Source: Deltaproteobacteria bacterium
Lineage (GTDB): Bacteria; Myxococcota_A; UBA796; UBA9615
Direction: 5' to 3'
Length of the DNA stretch: 64,000 bases
Assembly (NCBI GenBank): GCA_002724675.1
Contig: PBPL01000023.1
Coordinates: 1,570 to 65,569, forward strand
Part shown: piece by piece, positions 47,741 through 58,273 of the stretch
How positions within the stretch are numbered: position 1 is the first letter of the stretch
Layout of the letters: each line of letters begins with the position of its first letter
The notes under the pieces: model-generated
What the model was told of the DNA's origin: nothing
Database searches by the model: none
Seen by the model: the letters and a program-made list of their open reading frames with translations, nothing else
Translations under genes and position numbers: made by a program

Positions 47741-48925
47741 GTGAGCCCTCCAAAGCCACCGCAGCTGAATAACGAAGAGATTGCTCGCTATTCCCGCCAC
47801 CTGCTCCTGCCCCAGGTGGGCATGGAGGGTCAGCGGCGCCTGAAAGCGGCGTCGGTCCTCTGCATCGGCGCAGGTGGGCTGGGCTCGCCGCTTACGCTGT
47901 ACCTGGCCGCTGCCGGTGTCGGCAAGCTGGGCATTGTGGACTTCGATCGGGTCGACCAAAGCAATCTGCAGCGCCAGGTTCTCCACAGCACCTCCTGGCT
48001 TGGCAAGAGCAAGGTCGAGAGCGCACGAGCTCGTCTGCTTGACCTCAACCCGAACATCGAAGTGGTCATGCACGAGGAGCCGGTCACCTCCCAGAACGCC
48101 CTCCAGCTCATCGAGCCCTACGATGTGATCGCAGACGGCACTGACAACTTTCCCACCCGCTACCTGGTCAACGACGCCTGCGTCCTGCTCGAAAAACCCA
48201 ACGTCTATGGCTCGGTCTTCCGCTTCGAGGGGCAAGCGTCAGTCTTCAGTCATCAGGGGGGGCCGTGCTACCGCTGCCTGTACGAGGAGCCTCCCCCACC
48301 AGAACTCGTGCCCTCGTGTGCCGAGGGGGGGGTGCTGGGGATTGTTCCTGGACTCATCGGAGTCATCCAAGCCACAGAAGCCATGAAGATCATTCTGGAG
48401 CAGGGCGCCACTCTCTCCGGCAGACTCCTTCTCTACGACGCGCTCGACATGGAGTTTCGAGAGTTACGACTCCGCAAGAACCCCGACTGTGCCGTCTGTG
48501 GGGACGAGCCCACGGTCACTGAGCTCATCGACTACCACCAGTTCTGCGGAGCAGCGCCCCAGCACCACGTCGAGCTCCCAGCGGAGCAGGGCGAGCCAAC
48601 CGAGGGCTTCTCGAACCTCACCGTCCGCGAGATCAAGGACAAGCTAGACGCGGGCTGGAGTCCCTTCATTCTCGACGTTCGAAAGCCTCACGAGGCCGAC
48701 ATCGTCCGCATCAACTCAGACCTCTTGATACCCCATGAGGACCTGCTGGCTCGACTGGACGAGCTGCCAAGGGACCGAGAGATCCTAGTGCACTGCAAGG
48801 TTGGCGGACGGTCAGCCAAGGCAGCAACGACACTCGTGGCCGCTGACTTCGACGGCGTTGTGAACATGTTGGGCGGCATCACGGCCTGGGCCCAACAGAT
48901 CGATCCAACCCTGCCGACCTACTGA
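47741..48925 (+). CDS. moeZ: MoeB/ThiF-type adenylyltransferase fused to a rhodanese domain (MoeZ-like sulfur-carrier activator)
   Basis: YSRHLLLPQVG...LCIGAGGLGSPLTLYLAAAGVGKLGIVDFDRVDQSNLQRQ; CYRC...C; rhodanese ILVHCKVGGRS. Confidence 0.8.
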   Translation: MSPPKPPQLNNEEIARYSRHLLLPQVGMEGQRRLKAASVLCIGAGGLGSPLTLYLAAAGVGKLGIVDFDRVDQSNLQRQVLHSTSWLGKSKVESARARLLDLNPNIEVVMHEEPVTSQNALQLIEPYDVIADGTDNFPTRYLVNDACVLLEKPNVYGSVFRFEGQASVFSHQGGPCYRCLYEEPPPPELVPSCAEGGVLGIVPGLIGVIQATEAMKIILEQGATLSGRLLLYDALDMEFRELRLRKNPDCAVCGDEPTVTELIDYHQFCGAAPQHHVELPAEQGEPTEGFSNLTVREIKDKLDAGWSPFILDVRKPHEADIVRINSDLLIPHEDLLARLDELPRDREILVHCKVGGRSAKAATTLVAADFDGVVNMLGGITAWAQQIDPTLPTY

Positions 48926-48939
48926 GCCGGACGAAATCC

Positions 48940-50535
48940 ATGGAACTCTTTTCAGTCGTGTTCGGAGGCTTGAGTGCAGTGCTGTTCGGGCTCTGCCTCT
49001 GGAGCCCCGCCGCACGCCCCCTTTGGTCGGGGATCACACGACGTGACCTCGGTGTCTATGGGGCAACCCTGCTGGGTGCCGTTGCACTCTCGCTCTTTCA
49101 CTTCGACGCAATTGGTCATCACGCCTTCCGCCCTCACGAAGAGTCCTATTACTTCGCACTTCAGGGCGAAGCCCCCCCAGGAGGATGGTTCCCTCTGGAG
49201 ACTCAAGTGCTCCTCAGGCTCATATACCAGGGGGTGGGCCAGGTCCTGGGGTCGACGATGACTGTCTTCGTTGGCACCGCTTTGCTTGCCGGCCTGTGGT
49301 CTCCCCTGCTGATGGGCCTCGCCGCTCAGCTCCTCTCACGTCGAGCCTGGGTGGGCTGGTGCACCGCTGTGCTGGTCGCCTTTCATCCAGACCTGAGCTA
49401 CTGGCGAGTTCATGCCTTCCAGATTGCTCCACCACACGTGGCCTTCGCCGCTACCGTGCTGCTCTCGGTGCTCGTGGCGCGCAAGCCCACAGGCCTCCAC
49501 TGCACCGCTTGGCTCGTCCTGGGAGCGTTTGCTCTTTTCCTGCGACAAGACAACCTCGGGGCTGTCGTCGCCACCGCAGCGATCCCGGCCCTAGCGGGTC
49601 AACCGGGATTCCTGAGACATTGGAAACTCTGGGTACCTGGCTTTCTCCTGGCAGCTGCTCTGCTCGCCATACCCACGTTGCACAACATTTCGCTGGCCGT
49701 AGACCGGGAAGACTACCGGTGGGGCTTCCGATTCCTGCCTTACCATCTGGCTGTGATGGAGGCCTACCGACCTCTGACCACACCGGGCATCTTGGCGCTG
49801 GTCGGGCTGGGCCTAGGCTTCTCTTTCCGTCTGAGTCGGGTAGCGGGGCCATTCTCAGAGTTGCAGCGAGCCTGCCGGGCATGGGCCGTGTTTCTCCCCA
49901 TGGGACTGTTCCCCGACCTACTCTTCAGCGAGTTCGGTGCCCGCCACCTCCTGGGCACCACAACAGCAGCACTGGCGCTCGCCGCAACGGGCACTGCGCT
50001 AGTCTTCGAGAGCCCTTGGTTTGCCCACACCACACAGCAACGACAGCGGGCCACACGACTTGTCCTGGGAGCCATGTTGCTAGCTGGCATTGGGGCCTCT
50101 TGGCTCGAGATTGTCGACCAGGGGCGGCGCTACGGAGACGACACGCCGGAGATCCCGACCTTGCCAGGAACTGAACGACCCACGCTCGTGCTTGATGACT
50201 CGGGCGAGCCCCTCGCAACCCTGCCGCCGGAGCTCAAGACCTGCGGGCTCTACTCCGGTGAAACGTATGTCTGCGATCCCTGGGCTGAGGTGCCCGATGC
50301 CGTCTGCCACCCACCCAAGAACCTTCGGGAGCCGGACGAAGTGCGCAACCTATGGGACCAGCGAAATGGCTGTGTTCTCTGGGCTGTTGACGACACCTGT
50401 GATGATGTCTCTGGTGTGATGCACGATTGGTGGGAGATGGTTCGGTCGATGTATCAATGGGAGCCCGCTGGGATTCTCCCTATCCAGGAACGAAATGCCT
50501 ATGTAGAAGTATATCGACTTGTAGAGAGGCCATAG
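48940..50535 (+). CDS. Polytopic integral membrane protein with a Cys-containing C-terminal soluble domain (function unknown; glycosyltransferase-C-like topology)
   Basis: ~10 predicted TM helices followed by ~150 aa of soluble sequence. Confidence 0.45.
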   Translation: MELFSVVFGGLSAVLFGLCLWSPAARPLWSGITRRDLGVYGATLLGAVALSLFHFDAIGHHAFRPHEESYYFALQGEAPPGGWFPLETQVLLRLIYQGVGQVLGSTMTVFVGTALLAGLWSPLLMGLAAQLLSRRAWVGWCTAVLVAFHPDLSYWRVHAFQIAPPHVAFAATVLLSVLVARKPTGLHCTAWLVLGAFALFLRQDNLGAVVATAAIPALAGQPGFLRHWKLWVPGFLLAAALLAIPTLHNISLAVDREDYRWGFRFLPYHLAVMEAYRPLTTPGILALVGLGLGFSFRLSRVAGPFSELQRACRAWAVFLPMGLFPDLLFSEFGARHLLGTTTAALALAATGTALVFESPWFAHTTQQRQRATRLVLGAMLLAGIGASWLEIVDQGRRYGDDTPEIPTLPGTERPTLVLDDSGEPLATLPPELKTCGLYSGETYVCDPWAEVPDAVCHPPKNLREPDEVRNLWDQRNGCVLWAVDDTCDDVSGVMHDWWEMVRSMYQWEPAGILPIQERNAYVEVYRLVERP

Positions 50536-50545
50536 ATCGCTCTAT

Positions 50546-52690
50546 TTAGAGGCTAAGTTGATTTCCGACGGGCAAGGAGCGGATTCGAACTCCTGTCGCG
50601 GCAAATAGTGCGTTGCATAGGGCCGCCGAAGCGGGCGGAAGACCCACCTCACCGATCCCACCCGGCTGCTCCAGTGACGGCACAATGTGAACGTCCACCA
50701 CAGGGGCCTCGCGCAGGGGCATCAGCTTGTACTGGTGGAAGTTACTCTGCTGGGCCGCACCGGCTTGGAAGGTGACCTCGCCATAGAGAGCGTTAGAGAG
50801 TCCCATGACAACTCCACTCATGATCTGTGATCGCACAGTGTCCGGGTGAACAACTAGGCCACAGTCGACCGCAGCGGTCACTCGATGAAGCTGGATCTCT
50901 CCTTGTTCGATGCTCAGGTCCAGGACCTCCGCCACGATGGAACCAAAGCTCTCAAACAGAGCAACGCCACGGTGCTGACCTTCAGCGATCGAGCCCGCCT
51001 CTGCCACCGCCAGCTCGAAGCAAGCTGCATGACGAGGGGAACTGCGCAACAGGGCTCGACGATAGTTCACCGGGTCCTGACCGGCCTCGTGCGCGCACTC
51101 GTCCACGAAACACTCCCGGAAGAACCCATTGTGACTCCCGTGCACAGCTCGCCACCAACCCACAGGAATGGGCAGTCGCACCTTCGCGTAGTCCACGCGC
51201 TGTCGCTCGATGCTGTAGGGCGCCTCCGCCAAGCCCTCGACCACCGTATAGGGCGCAAACTCAGGATCGGGAAAGCCGGGTGGAACAATCCCATCACAGA
51301 TGTTCTGGCTCGCCACACTGACGTGCCAGTCAGTCAGGAGGCCGTCCTCTCCCAGGGCCGCCTTGTGACTGCAGATCACCCGAGGCCTGTACTTGCCGTG
51401 GGTAAATGTCTCCTCACGCGTCCAGATGAGCTTGACCGGCTTGTCGACCCTCTTGGCAATCAGCACAGCCTGATCGGTGAAGTCGGTAAAGGACTTGCGA
51501 CCGAACCCTCCACCGAGGAGAGTCGTGTGCACGAACACCTGGCTGAGAGGCATGTGGGCCAAGAGAGCAGCTCGGTCCCGCACCATGTGCGGCACCTGGG
51601 TGGGTGCCCAGACATCAACTCGATCCCGCTGGACGTGCACCGTGGCCGTCATGGGCTCGATGGGAGCATGCTCAGCGTAAGGAACCGAGTAGGTCGCCTC
51701 TAGTGACAGGTCATGGGGCTCTGCACCATGTCGGAACACAGGCCGGCCCCCCTTCTCCAACGCAGAACTCAGAGCAGCCCCAATGGTCTCCTGATTCAGC
51801 CCTTCGCCCCGACCAGGAGCCCAGCGGATCTCCAGGGCATCGGCAGCCTTCTTGGCCTGCCAGAAGTGCCGAGCGACCACGGCCACCGCCTCACCCACCT
51901 CGAACACATCGAGGACTCCAGCCTGAGCACGAGCAGCGGTGTCGTCGAACGAGACCAACCGACCTCCAAAGTGAGGACAAGCGCGAACCGTGGCGTGCAC
52001 CATCCCGTCCACCTGGACGTCGATACCAAACAGACCGCTCCCATCCACCTTGGAGGGCAGGTCAATGCGCGGCGGCGAAGTGCCCAGGAGACGGAATGTG
52101 GTGGGATCCTTCAGAGCCACATTCCTGGGCACCGGCAACTCAGATGCTGCCGCGACGAGCTCACCATACGAAGCGCTCAAGTCCCCACAGAGAACCCTCC
52201 CTTGCTCGGTTCGGCAGCTCTCCCGAGGCACGTCCCACGCCCGAGCTGCTGCTTGGACCAGCATGGCTCGCGCCGAGGCGCCCGCCAGTCGGAGCTGGGT
52301 CCAGTAACCCCGCACCGACTCGCTCCCACCGGTTATCTGCAACTTGATGGGTATGTGGAGCAACCAACGAGCGTAGACCGAGCGCGCCGGAGCCCCCTCA
52401 ACTCGAACCTGCTCCCAGTCGAGATCCAACTCTTCGGCCAGCAACATGGGCAGCGCGGTGAAGACCCCTTGGCCCATCTCTGCCGCCGCCATCCGAAGGG
52501 TGGCGACCCCGTCAGAGCCTATGCGGATCCAGGCATTGAGAGACACACCTTCAGCCCCGCCAGCAGAGCCCAAAGAGAGGGTCTCATCAAACGGCTGGAC
52601 CCGGGAAAAGCCGGGCAAGACCAGGCCCAACACCAGGGCTCCACCACCCCTCAGGACATCACGCCGGGAGACATTGTGTAGAGCGGTCAT
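50546..52690 (-). CDS. Molybdopterin-binding subunit of a xanthine-dehydrogenase-family aldehyde oxidoreductase (IorB-like), Tat-exported
   Basis: Twin-arginine [16 protein letters not shown]. ~710 aa. ATGA overlap with the upstream 2Fe-2S subunit gene. Confidence 0.75.
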   Translation of the reverse strand: MTALHNVSRRDVLRGGGALVLGLVLPGFSRVQPFDETLSLGSAGGAEGVSLNAWIRIGSDGVATLRMAAAEMGQGVFTALPMLLAEELDLDWEQVRVEGAPARSVYARWLLHIPIKLQITGGSESVRGYWTQLRLAGASARAMLVQAAARAWDVPRESCRTEQGRVLCGDLSASYGELVAAASELPVPRNVALKDPTTFRLLGTSPPRIDLPSKVDGSGLFGIDVQVDGMVHATVRACPHFGGRLVSFDDTAARAQAGVLDVFEVGEAVAVVARHFWQAKKAADALEIRWAPGRGEGLNQETIGAALSSALEKGGRPVFRHGAEPHDLSLEATYSVPYAEHAPIEPMTATVHVQRDRVDVWAPTQVPHMVRDRAALLAHMPLSQVFVHTTLLGGGFGRKSFTDFTDQAVLIAKRVDKPVKLIWTREETFTHGKYRPRVICSHKAALGEDGLLTDWHVSVASQNICDGIVPPGFPDPEFAPYTVVEGLAEAPYSIERQRVDYAKVRLPIPVGWWRAVHGSHNGFFRECFVDECAHEAGQDPVNYRRALLRSSPRHAACFELAVAEAGSIAEGQHRGVALFESFGSIVAEVLDLSIEQGEIQLHRVTAAVDCGLVVHPDTVRSQIMSGVVMGLSNALYGEVTFQAGAAQQSNFHQYKLMPLREAPVVDVHIVPSLEQPGGIGEVGLPPASAALCNALFAATGVRIRSLPVGNQLSL

Positions 52691-53223
52691 GGAGCATCCA
52701 CGTCGTCGGATGTCTCCCCTTCGCTATCCGACTCATCAGGCGAGGACGAAGCCGCGGCAGTTGCCATGGCGGCCGCCGCACGGTGGATCCCCTTACGAAT
52801 CCGCTCATAGGTTCCACAGCGACACAGATTGGTCATAGCGGCCGCAATGTCCTCGTCCGATGGAGACGGGTTGCGGTCCAGAAGGGCGGCGGCAACCATG
52901 AGCTGCCCGCTCTGGCAGTAACCGCACTGAGGCACCTGCTCCTCAATCCAGGCCTGCTGAACGGCGTGCTTCAGCCCCTCGATAGTGGTGAGCGGTTGCC
53001 CCACCGCCGCCGCCACCGGCAGGACGCAGCTGCGCATGGGCATGCCATTGAGCTGAACCGTACAGGCGCCACAGGCACCGACGCCACAACCGAACTTAGT
53101 CCCTGTCAGCCCGAGATGATCCCGCAAGGCCCATAGCAACGGCGTGTCCGGCTGAGCCTGAACATCTACAGCGGAGCCGTTGAGCAAAAGACCGAAGGTC
53201 GGTACTGAGGGGTCCTCGCTCAT
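52687..53223 (-). CDS. (2Fe-2S)-binding small subunit of an aldehyde oxidoreductase (IorA/CoxS-like)
   Basis: [11 protein letters not shown] and CGYCQSGQ ... CRCGTY cluster motifs. Confidence 0.85.
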   Translation of the reverse strand: MSEDPSVPTFGLLLNGSAVDVQAQPDTPLLWALRDHLGLTGTKFGCGVGACGACTVQLNGMPMRSCVLPVAAAVGQPLTTIEGLKHAVQQAWIEEQVPQCGYCQSGQLMVAAALLDRNPSPSDEDIAAAMTNLCRCGTYERIRKGIHRAAAAMATAAASSSPDESDSEGETSDDVDAP

Positions 53224-53409
53224 GGCGGCAGCCTAACCCAGCCCCCCACAGTCGTCATCGCTGTCTCGGGTTTTCACCGGAGCCATCCAGACGCCCTTTG
53301 GTCCCCTCATCCCAATCGAAGAGATCAAGCTAGAGTAGCGTTGGCGCAACACGACATCGGCCACAGCCCCGCACCGGGCCAAGATGCCAGCGCCTTGTTG
53401 GGAGACGCC

Positions 53410-54537
53410 GTGCTGAGTCGATTGCAGACGATCTCGCTGTTGCTTGCGAGCCTCTGCTGTAGCACTGCACTGTCGTCGGAACACTCGGTCCTCTTCATCG
53501 GCAATAGCTACACGTCGGCGAGTGCCCCCAACTCGCTCGACGAGTCCTATCGACAGTTGGTCTTAGAGGCCCAGCCCACCTGGACCGAGGTCAGCATCGA
53601 AGCCTACAGTCCCGGCGGACGGAATCTCGCCCAACATCTGGCCGATGCCCAAACCACCAGTTCGACGCTCTACACCTACCTGAGCAGCGATGAGCCGAAC
53701 CATCAATGGGACTATGTGGTCGTACACGACCAAAGCCAGATCCCAGGGTTCCCTCAGTCCGAGCCGGCGTTCAGCGAGAGTCGGGATGCCGCCGTCGGAC
53801 TCGCCCAAATGATCGCTGACCGGGGAGCCGAGATGGCCCTCTGGGTCACCTGGGGCCGCCTGGACGGGGACGACCAAAATCAATGGCTGTACCCAGACTA
53901 CGCAACGATGCAGCAACGGCTAGCCGATGGCTACGACAGCTATAGCGACGCCATTCTGGGGGCCGGGCTGTCCGTCGATGTCATTCCTGTTGGTCTCGGC
54001 TGGCAGATGATTCACGACCAGGCCCTGGCCCAGGGACGCGTCCCACAAAGCCCCGATGAGCTGTTCGCTCGTCTGTACACGGCGGACGGAAGCCACCCGT
54101 CCACTCTGGGGACCTATCTCAGCGCCTGCATCATTTTCGCGTTCATCACCAACTCCAGCCCCGTGGGCCTGACCTGGTCCCACGACGGCATGACCGCTCA
54201 AGACAAGCTCACTCTTCAACAGACTGCGGAGCGACTCCTCAACGCCGCCAAGAATCCGAATGGGGCTGGCGACGACGACTCGGTGGGCAACGACGACGAC
54301 TCGGTGGGCAACGACGACGACGACTCGGTGGGGAACGACGACGACTCGGTGGGCAACGACGACGACTCGGTGGGGTCTGACCCCACCAGCGCAGGCGCTG
54401 CCGGAGAACCACAGTCGGCACCAAGCCAGTGCGGGTGCTCTCTCTCGCTGCACCCCAAGCGCAAGCTGTGGTCAATGGCACTTGTCGCCTTGCTCTGGCT
54501 TCGGCGCAGAAGGTCGTGCTCAGCCCCTCAGTCCTGA
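53410..54537 (+). CDS. Secreted SGNH/GDSL-type hydrolase with DDDSVGN tandem repeats and a MYXO-CTERM tag (GTG start inferred)
   Basis: Signal LSRLQTISLLLASLCCSTALS. Block I FIGNSYT, block V DGSHPS. C-terminus QCGCSLSL...MALVALLWLRRRRS. Confidence 0.65.
   Translation: MLSRLQTISLLLASLCCSTALSSEHSVLFIGNSYTSASAPNSLDESYRQLVLEAQPTWTEVSIEAYSPGGRNLAQHLADAQTTSSTLYTYLSSDEPNHQWDYVVVHDQSQIPGFPQSEPAFSESRDAAVGLAQMIADRGAEMALWVTWGRLDGDDQNQWLYPDYATMQQRLADGYDSYSDAILGAGLSVDVIPVGLGWQMIHDQALAQGRVPQSPDELFARLYTADGSHPSTLGTYLSACIIFAFITNSSPVGLTWSHDGMTAQDKLTLQQTAERLLNAAKNPNGAGDDDSVGNDDDSVGNDDDDSVGNDDDSVGNDDDSVGSDPTSAGAAGEPQSAPSQCGCSLSLHPKRKLWSMALVALLWLRRRRSCSAPQS
54271..54378 (+). repeat. Five tandem 21-nt units (one of 24 nt), GACGACGACTCGGTGGGCAAC, encoding (D)DDSVGN
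   Basis: Read directly. Near-perfect copies, with wobble changes only. Confidence 0.85.
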
Positions 54538-55673
54538 TCCCGAACCTCGAAGGTCACTGCCTGAGAATCGAGGCCTAGATCAGCCAGAGCATTGGGGAGC
54601 ATCCACCGCTGGCCGCTGATGTTCATGACCAACACCTGGTAGTCACCCACCACATCAACCCCGGAAGCGGCCACCTCTTCGATGGCAGCCAGGGTAAGGG
54701 GCTCCGTGTCTGTGACCACGAGAGGAGGAATGGCGACCGTCAACTGCTCAACGGACAGAGGCGTCTGACCATCCAGAGGGACTCCGGCGGCAGCAGCAAC
54801 CATCACCAAGTTTGTGTCTGGATTCAGCGGATCGGACGCGTCGAGCGGCACGACGATTCCAGGAAGCAAGACACCAGGCTCTTGCACACTGAGGCCTGTG
54901 GGATCCAGTGGGTCCAGCCGACGCACAAGCACCTGAGGCCACAGGACATCGGGCAAGCTGTCCCCATTCAGGTCGTCGGGGAGGCCATCACCATCCCCAT
55001 CGGGTCCAAACACCAACGTGAGCTGGGAAGCATCCACGTCCATGGCTGAGGTTCGGATCTCTGCTGCTGAAACTTCGACCAAGACCTGTGCTGTTGTGCC
55101 CACGGTGGAACCAAGATTCATGATGGGAGCAGCAGGCTCACCCGAGAGAGGGTCCACCAACTCAAAGCCCGGCGGATCCAGGGGCACCTCGGTGTCCGCC
55201 CTGAGGATGACCGACTCCACAGGTTCAATGTAGTCGGTCCCTTCCTCCAGAGACCCTGTCACCACGGTCTCGACAGTAGCCAAGAGGTCCCCAGCCGTAG
55301 CCTGGCTGGTCACCCCGTAGTCATAGTGAAAGTCCCGGTCCTGATCTACGAAACCCGTCACGATCGAGCAGGTGCCTCCCGGGACCGAAGGAAATATGAA
55401 CGAAGCGTCGCCGGCGGATAGCGAGTCCTCAGAGAGCACGATGAAGTCCACTGGAGTCCCACTGCCCGATGGTGGAGGAGGGTTGTCGCAGTCAAACCGA
55501 AGCAGAATTGCCGGTCCAAGAGCTGCCAGCTCAGCATCTATACGCAGGGTGCCCGCGATGTAGGTCGACGGCGGCTCTGTACCTTCGGTCGCAACCACGG
55601 GTACGTCACAGCCAGACTGCAATAGGCCGAAAACTGCCGTCAGTAGAGCAATCGAGAAGAGCCTGGTCAGCAT
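54528..55673 (-). CDS. Lipoprotein of unknown function (downstream of a TonB-dependent receptor)
   Basis: ATG at 55673 with GGAGGG RBS. Lipobox LLQSGC. The longer listed ORF to 55781 overlaps the receptor gene. Confidence 0.5.
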   Translation of the reverse strand: MLTRLFSIALLTAVFGLLQSGCDVPVVATEGTEPPSTYIAGTLRIDAELAALGPAILLRFDCDNPPPPSGSGTPVDFIVLSEDSLSAGDASFIFPSVPGGTCSIVTGFVDQDRDFHYDYGVTSQATAGDLLATVETVVTGSLEEGTDYIEPVESVILRADTEVPLDPPGFELVDPLSGEPAAPIMNLGSTVGTTAQVLVEVSAAEIRTSAMDVDASQLTLVFGPDGDGDGLPDDLNGDSLPDVLWPQVLVRRLDPLDPTGLSVQEPGVLLPGIVVPLDASDPLNPDTNLVMVAAAAGVPLDGQTPLSVEQLTVAIPPLVVTDTEPLTLAAIEEVAASGVDVVGDYQVLVMNISGQRWMLPNALADLGLDSQAVTFEVRDQD

Positions 55674-55689
55674 GTCCTTCTCCCTCCTG

Positions 55690-58179
55690 TCAGAACCGGT
55701 AGGTCGCCGAGCCCAGAACACGCGGACCGACCCGAGAACCAAGGCAGTGCTCACGGTGTCCACCGGTCTTCCAAGCCTCAAGATTCAGACCCGTCACTCC
55801 GACCTCAAGACGATCATCAAGCAGCCGGTAACCCAAGCGGGCCGACACCTGTGCGTAAGCGGGCACAGCACAGTCCTCCACAACCACCGTTCCATCCGGG
55901 ACAAAGGATCGCTCGGGGACCACCACGGAGCTCACCATGTCGACATTCACGTTGGCAGAGAGCCCAAAGCCTGCTCGATAAGACACACCGAGGTGCCCGC
56001 TGTGCATCGGATGTCTTCGGTCCTGCACGTCCTCGAGGCCAGCATCCATCTTTTCTTGGTCGAGAAAGTAGCTGAACGAATAGGTCGCTCGGATGTCCAA
56101 GCCATCCACGGGAAAGGCGTGAATCCCCACCTCCGCCCCCCAGCCATGGAACACAGCATCGGCATTCTCGAAGGTCGAACTACCCGCCAGAAACAACTCC
56201 CCCTGAGGCCTCTGGAAGGCCTCTGCGGCCTCGATGGCGCCCAGTCCAATCAGATCCGAGACGCGCTCGTAGTAGCCGGACACCTCAAACGAAACGAAGT
56301 CGCTGTCTTCGAAGACGTAGCCCGCCTCCACCGAGAAGATCCCCTCAGGCCGCAGGGAGGTCGAGCCCAAGCTCTGCAGCCCGACCCCCGTCACCACACC
56401 GGTAGGGACCGCAAGATCGAGGTACGACTCCAAGAAGGTGGGGCTTCGGAAGGCCGTCCCCGTCGAGAAACGAATCGCCTGACCGGGCGTCGGCTTGATC
56501 AACACCGCCCCCCGAGGCGACGGTGTGAAGCCGACGAGAGGGTGCTGATCGAACCGAAAGCCGAGCACACCAACTAGCTGAGGAACAAAGGTGATTCTGT
56601 CCTCGAGGAACCCGTGAAGGTGTTGCTCAATGTGATCCTCATCCAGGTAGTCCCAGGAGATGCTCTTGACTCGATAGCCACCACCACCGACCACATCGTG
56701 CCGAACACCAAGCATGGCAGTGCCGCTATAGGACGCCTCCACGTCACCCACATGAGACACCGGTTCAGTCGACAGATCCAAGCCTCCGTACGGCTGCCAG
56801 GTGGGCGCTGCATCGCCATTGAAGTGGTTCCAGAAGCCACGAACCTTCAGCCGCCCCAAGCTGGCATCCACTCGACCATTGGCCGCAATTCCGCGGATCC
56901 AGAAATCCCGAAATAATCCCAACGCGAAGATAGTGTCCTGGAAGTGGCTCAGACCGAATGAGAGGCCCACCGATGCCTTCTGACTAGGAACAATGGTCAG
57001 CCCAGCGTTCGCTCGAAGCGTGCGTAGCGCCAGGTCTACATCATCGACCTCGGTGACAATGTCCGCACGCTCTCCGTATTCCCTCTCGAACCGATTGGCC
57101 TGTTCGTAACCAATCGAAGCCCGATAGCCCAGAATCCCTCCGCGACCCGAGTACTGAATGTTGCCGATCAACGACTCCCCCGAACCAGCCGTCAAGTGGA
57201 CAAGGCCTCCCTGACGCCCTCCGGGTGGCCGGGTAATGATGTTGATCACGCCACCAAAAGCGTTCGCCCCATACAGCGTCGATCCGGGTCCTCGGATCAC
57301 CTCGATGCGCTCAATGTCGAGCAGATCAATCGTCAACGTGCGAAAGAATGTGGCCCCGAGAAAGTCCAGATAGACGGAGCGACCATCCACTAGGGTCAGC
57401 AGCTTGTTACTCACCCGCTGGTTGAAGCCTCGGACCGCCAGGTTCGCATTCCCTGCTCCCATGGTGAGGATGGAGATACCCGGAACTCGACGGAGCAAGT
57501 CGGGGATGTTCGTCTTCCCCGAGAGCCGAAGCTCATCAGCGCTGATGATGGTTGTCGCTACGGGCGCATTCGCAGGGGTTGTCGCCTGCCGAGATGCCGA
57601 AACAATCACCTCCTCGTACATGTCTGACGAGCGAGCCTCCAAGGCCTGAGGGTCAATGGCATCCACCGTCGGCGGCACCTTCGTGTCCGTCGATGGCGCC
57701 AAGAGTTCCGCCACCTCCTCCAGTCGCTCCAGCAACTGACGGAGCTCGGATTCATCAACGGGTGCTGGTTGGTTCAGAGCCTGATCGACCGCCAACTCAG
57801 AAGCCTCCGCCTCTTCGCCAGGGCTCGGCCCTTCGATCTCCGCACGCCGTTGACCCAGCAGGACCAGCAACTGCTGCACCGCCTCCACCCCTTCTGGCCC
57901 CGTATCCAGGTACCGGCGGAAGTAGTCTATGGCTAGGTCGAACTCAGCTGCGTCTGCGTAAGCCAGACCTATGTTGTAGAGCACATCGGGGTGCGGAAGT
58001 AGCTCGTAGGCCCGCTCAAGACGTCGAGCCCCTTCGAGGTGTTCGCCCCCCTCAATCAGCGCCATCCCCAGCTTGAAGGACCGCAGCGCATCGTCTCTGG
58101 TGTCCGCGTGGACCGGCACGGAAAACGCCACCATGAGGCCCAGAACACCTAGAGCAACGGTGCGGAAGCACGGAGTCAT
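55690..58179 (-). CDS. TonB-dependent outer-membrane receptor with an N-terminal TPR-like extension
   Basis: Signal MTPCFRTVALGVLGLMVAFSVPVHA. Plug EEVIVSASRQ...NIPDLLRRVPGISI...RGF...IERIEVIRGPGSTLYGANAFGGVINIITR. C-terminal ...SATYRF. Confidence 0.85.
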   Translation of the reverse strand: MTPCFRTVALGVLGLMVAFSVPVHADTRDDALRSFKLGMALIEGGEHLEGARRLERAYELLPHPDVLYNIGLAYADAAEFDLAIDYFRRYLDTGPEGVEAVQQLLVLLGQRRAEIEGPSPGEEAEASELAVDQALNQPAPVDESELRQLLERLEEVAELLAPSTDTKVPPTVDAIDPQALEARSSDMYEEVIVSASRQATTPANAPVATTIISADELRLSGKTNIPDLLRRVPGISILTMGAGNANLAVRGFNQRVSNKLLTLVDGRSVYLDFLGATFFRTLTIDLLDIERIEVIRGPGSTLYGANAFGGVINIITRPPGGRQGGLVHLTAGSGESLIGNIQYSGRGGILGYRASIGYEQANRFEREYGERADIVTEVDDVDLALRTLRANAGLTIVPSQKASVGLSFGLSHFQDTIFALGLFRDFWIRGIAANGRVDASLGRLKVRGFWNHFNGDAAPTWQPYGGLDLSTEPVSHVGDVEASYSGTAMLGVRHDVVGGGGYRVKSISWDYLDEDHIEQHLHGFLEDRITFVPQLVGVLGFRFDQHPLVGFTPSPRGAVLIKPTPGQAIRFSTGTAFRSPTFLESYLDLAVPTGVVTGVGLQSLGSTSLRPEGIFSVEAGYVFEDSDFVSFEVSGYYERVSDLIGLGAIEAAEAFQRPQGELFLAGSSTFENADAVFHGWGAEVGIHAFPVDGLDIRATYSFSYFLDQEKMDAGLEDVQDRRHPMHSGHLGVSYRAGFGLSANVNVDMVSSVVVPERSFVPDGTVVVEDCAVPAYAQVSARLGYRLLDDRLEVGVTGLNLEAWKTGGHREHCLGSRVGPRVLGSATYRF

Positions 58180-58273
58180 GCCCTGGAGCCTAAACCGAAA
58201 GCCCACATGACGGCGTCTCTAGTCGCAGATTCTGACTTCCGTCAATGACCGAGAGTCCTCCCACAGGCTCCAC

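Noticed and set aside
49185-50174. 329-aa Arg/Pro-rich alternate-frame ORF
   Set aside because: It lies inside the polytopic membrane protein gene. Its composition is typical of a frame-shifted reading of GC-rich coding DNA.
51604-52681. Two long plus-strand ORFs (247 and 322 aa)
   Set aside because: Both are antisense to the IorB-like molybdoenzyme gene, which has strong family motifs and a Tat signal.
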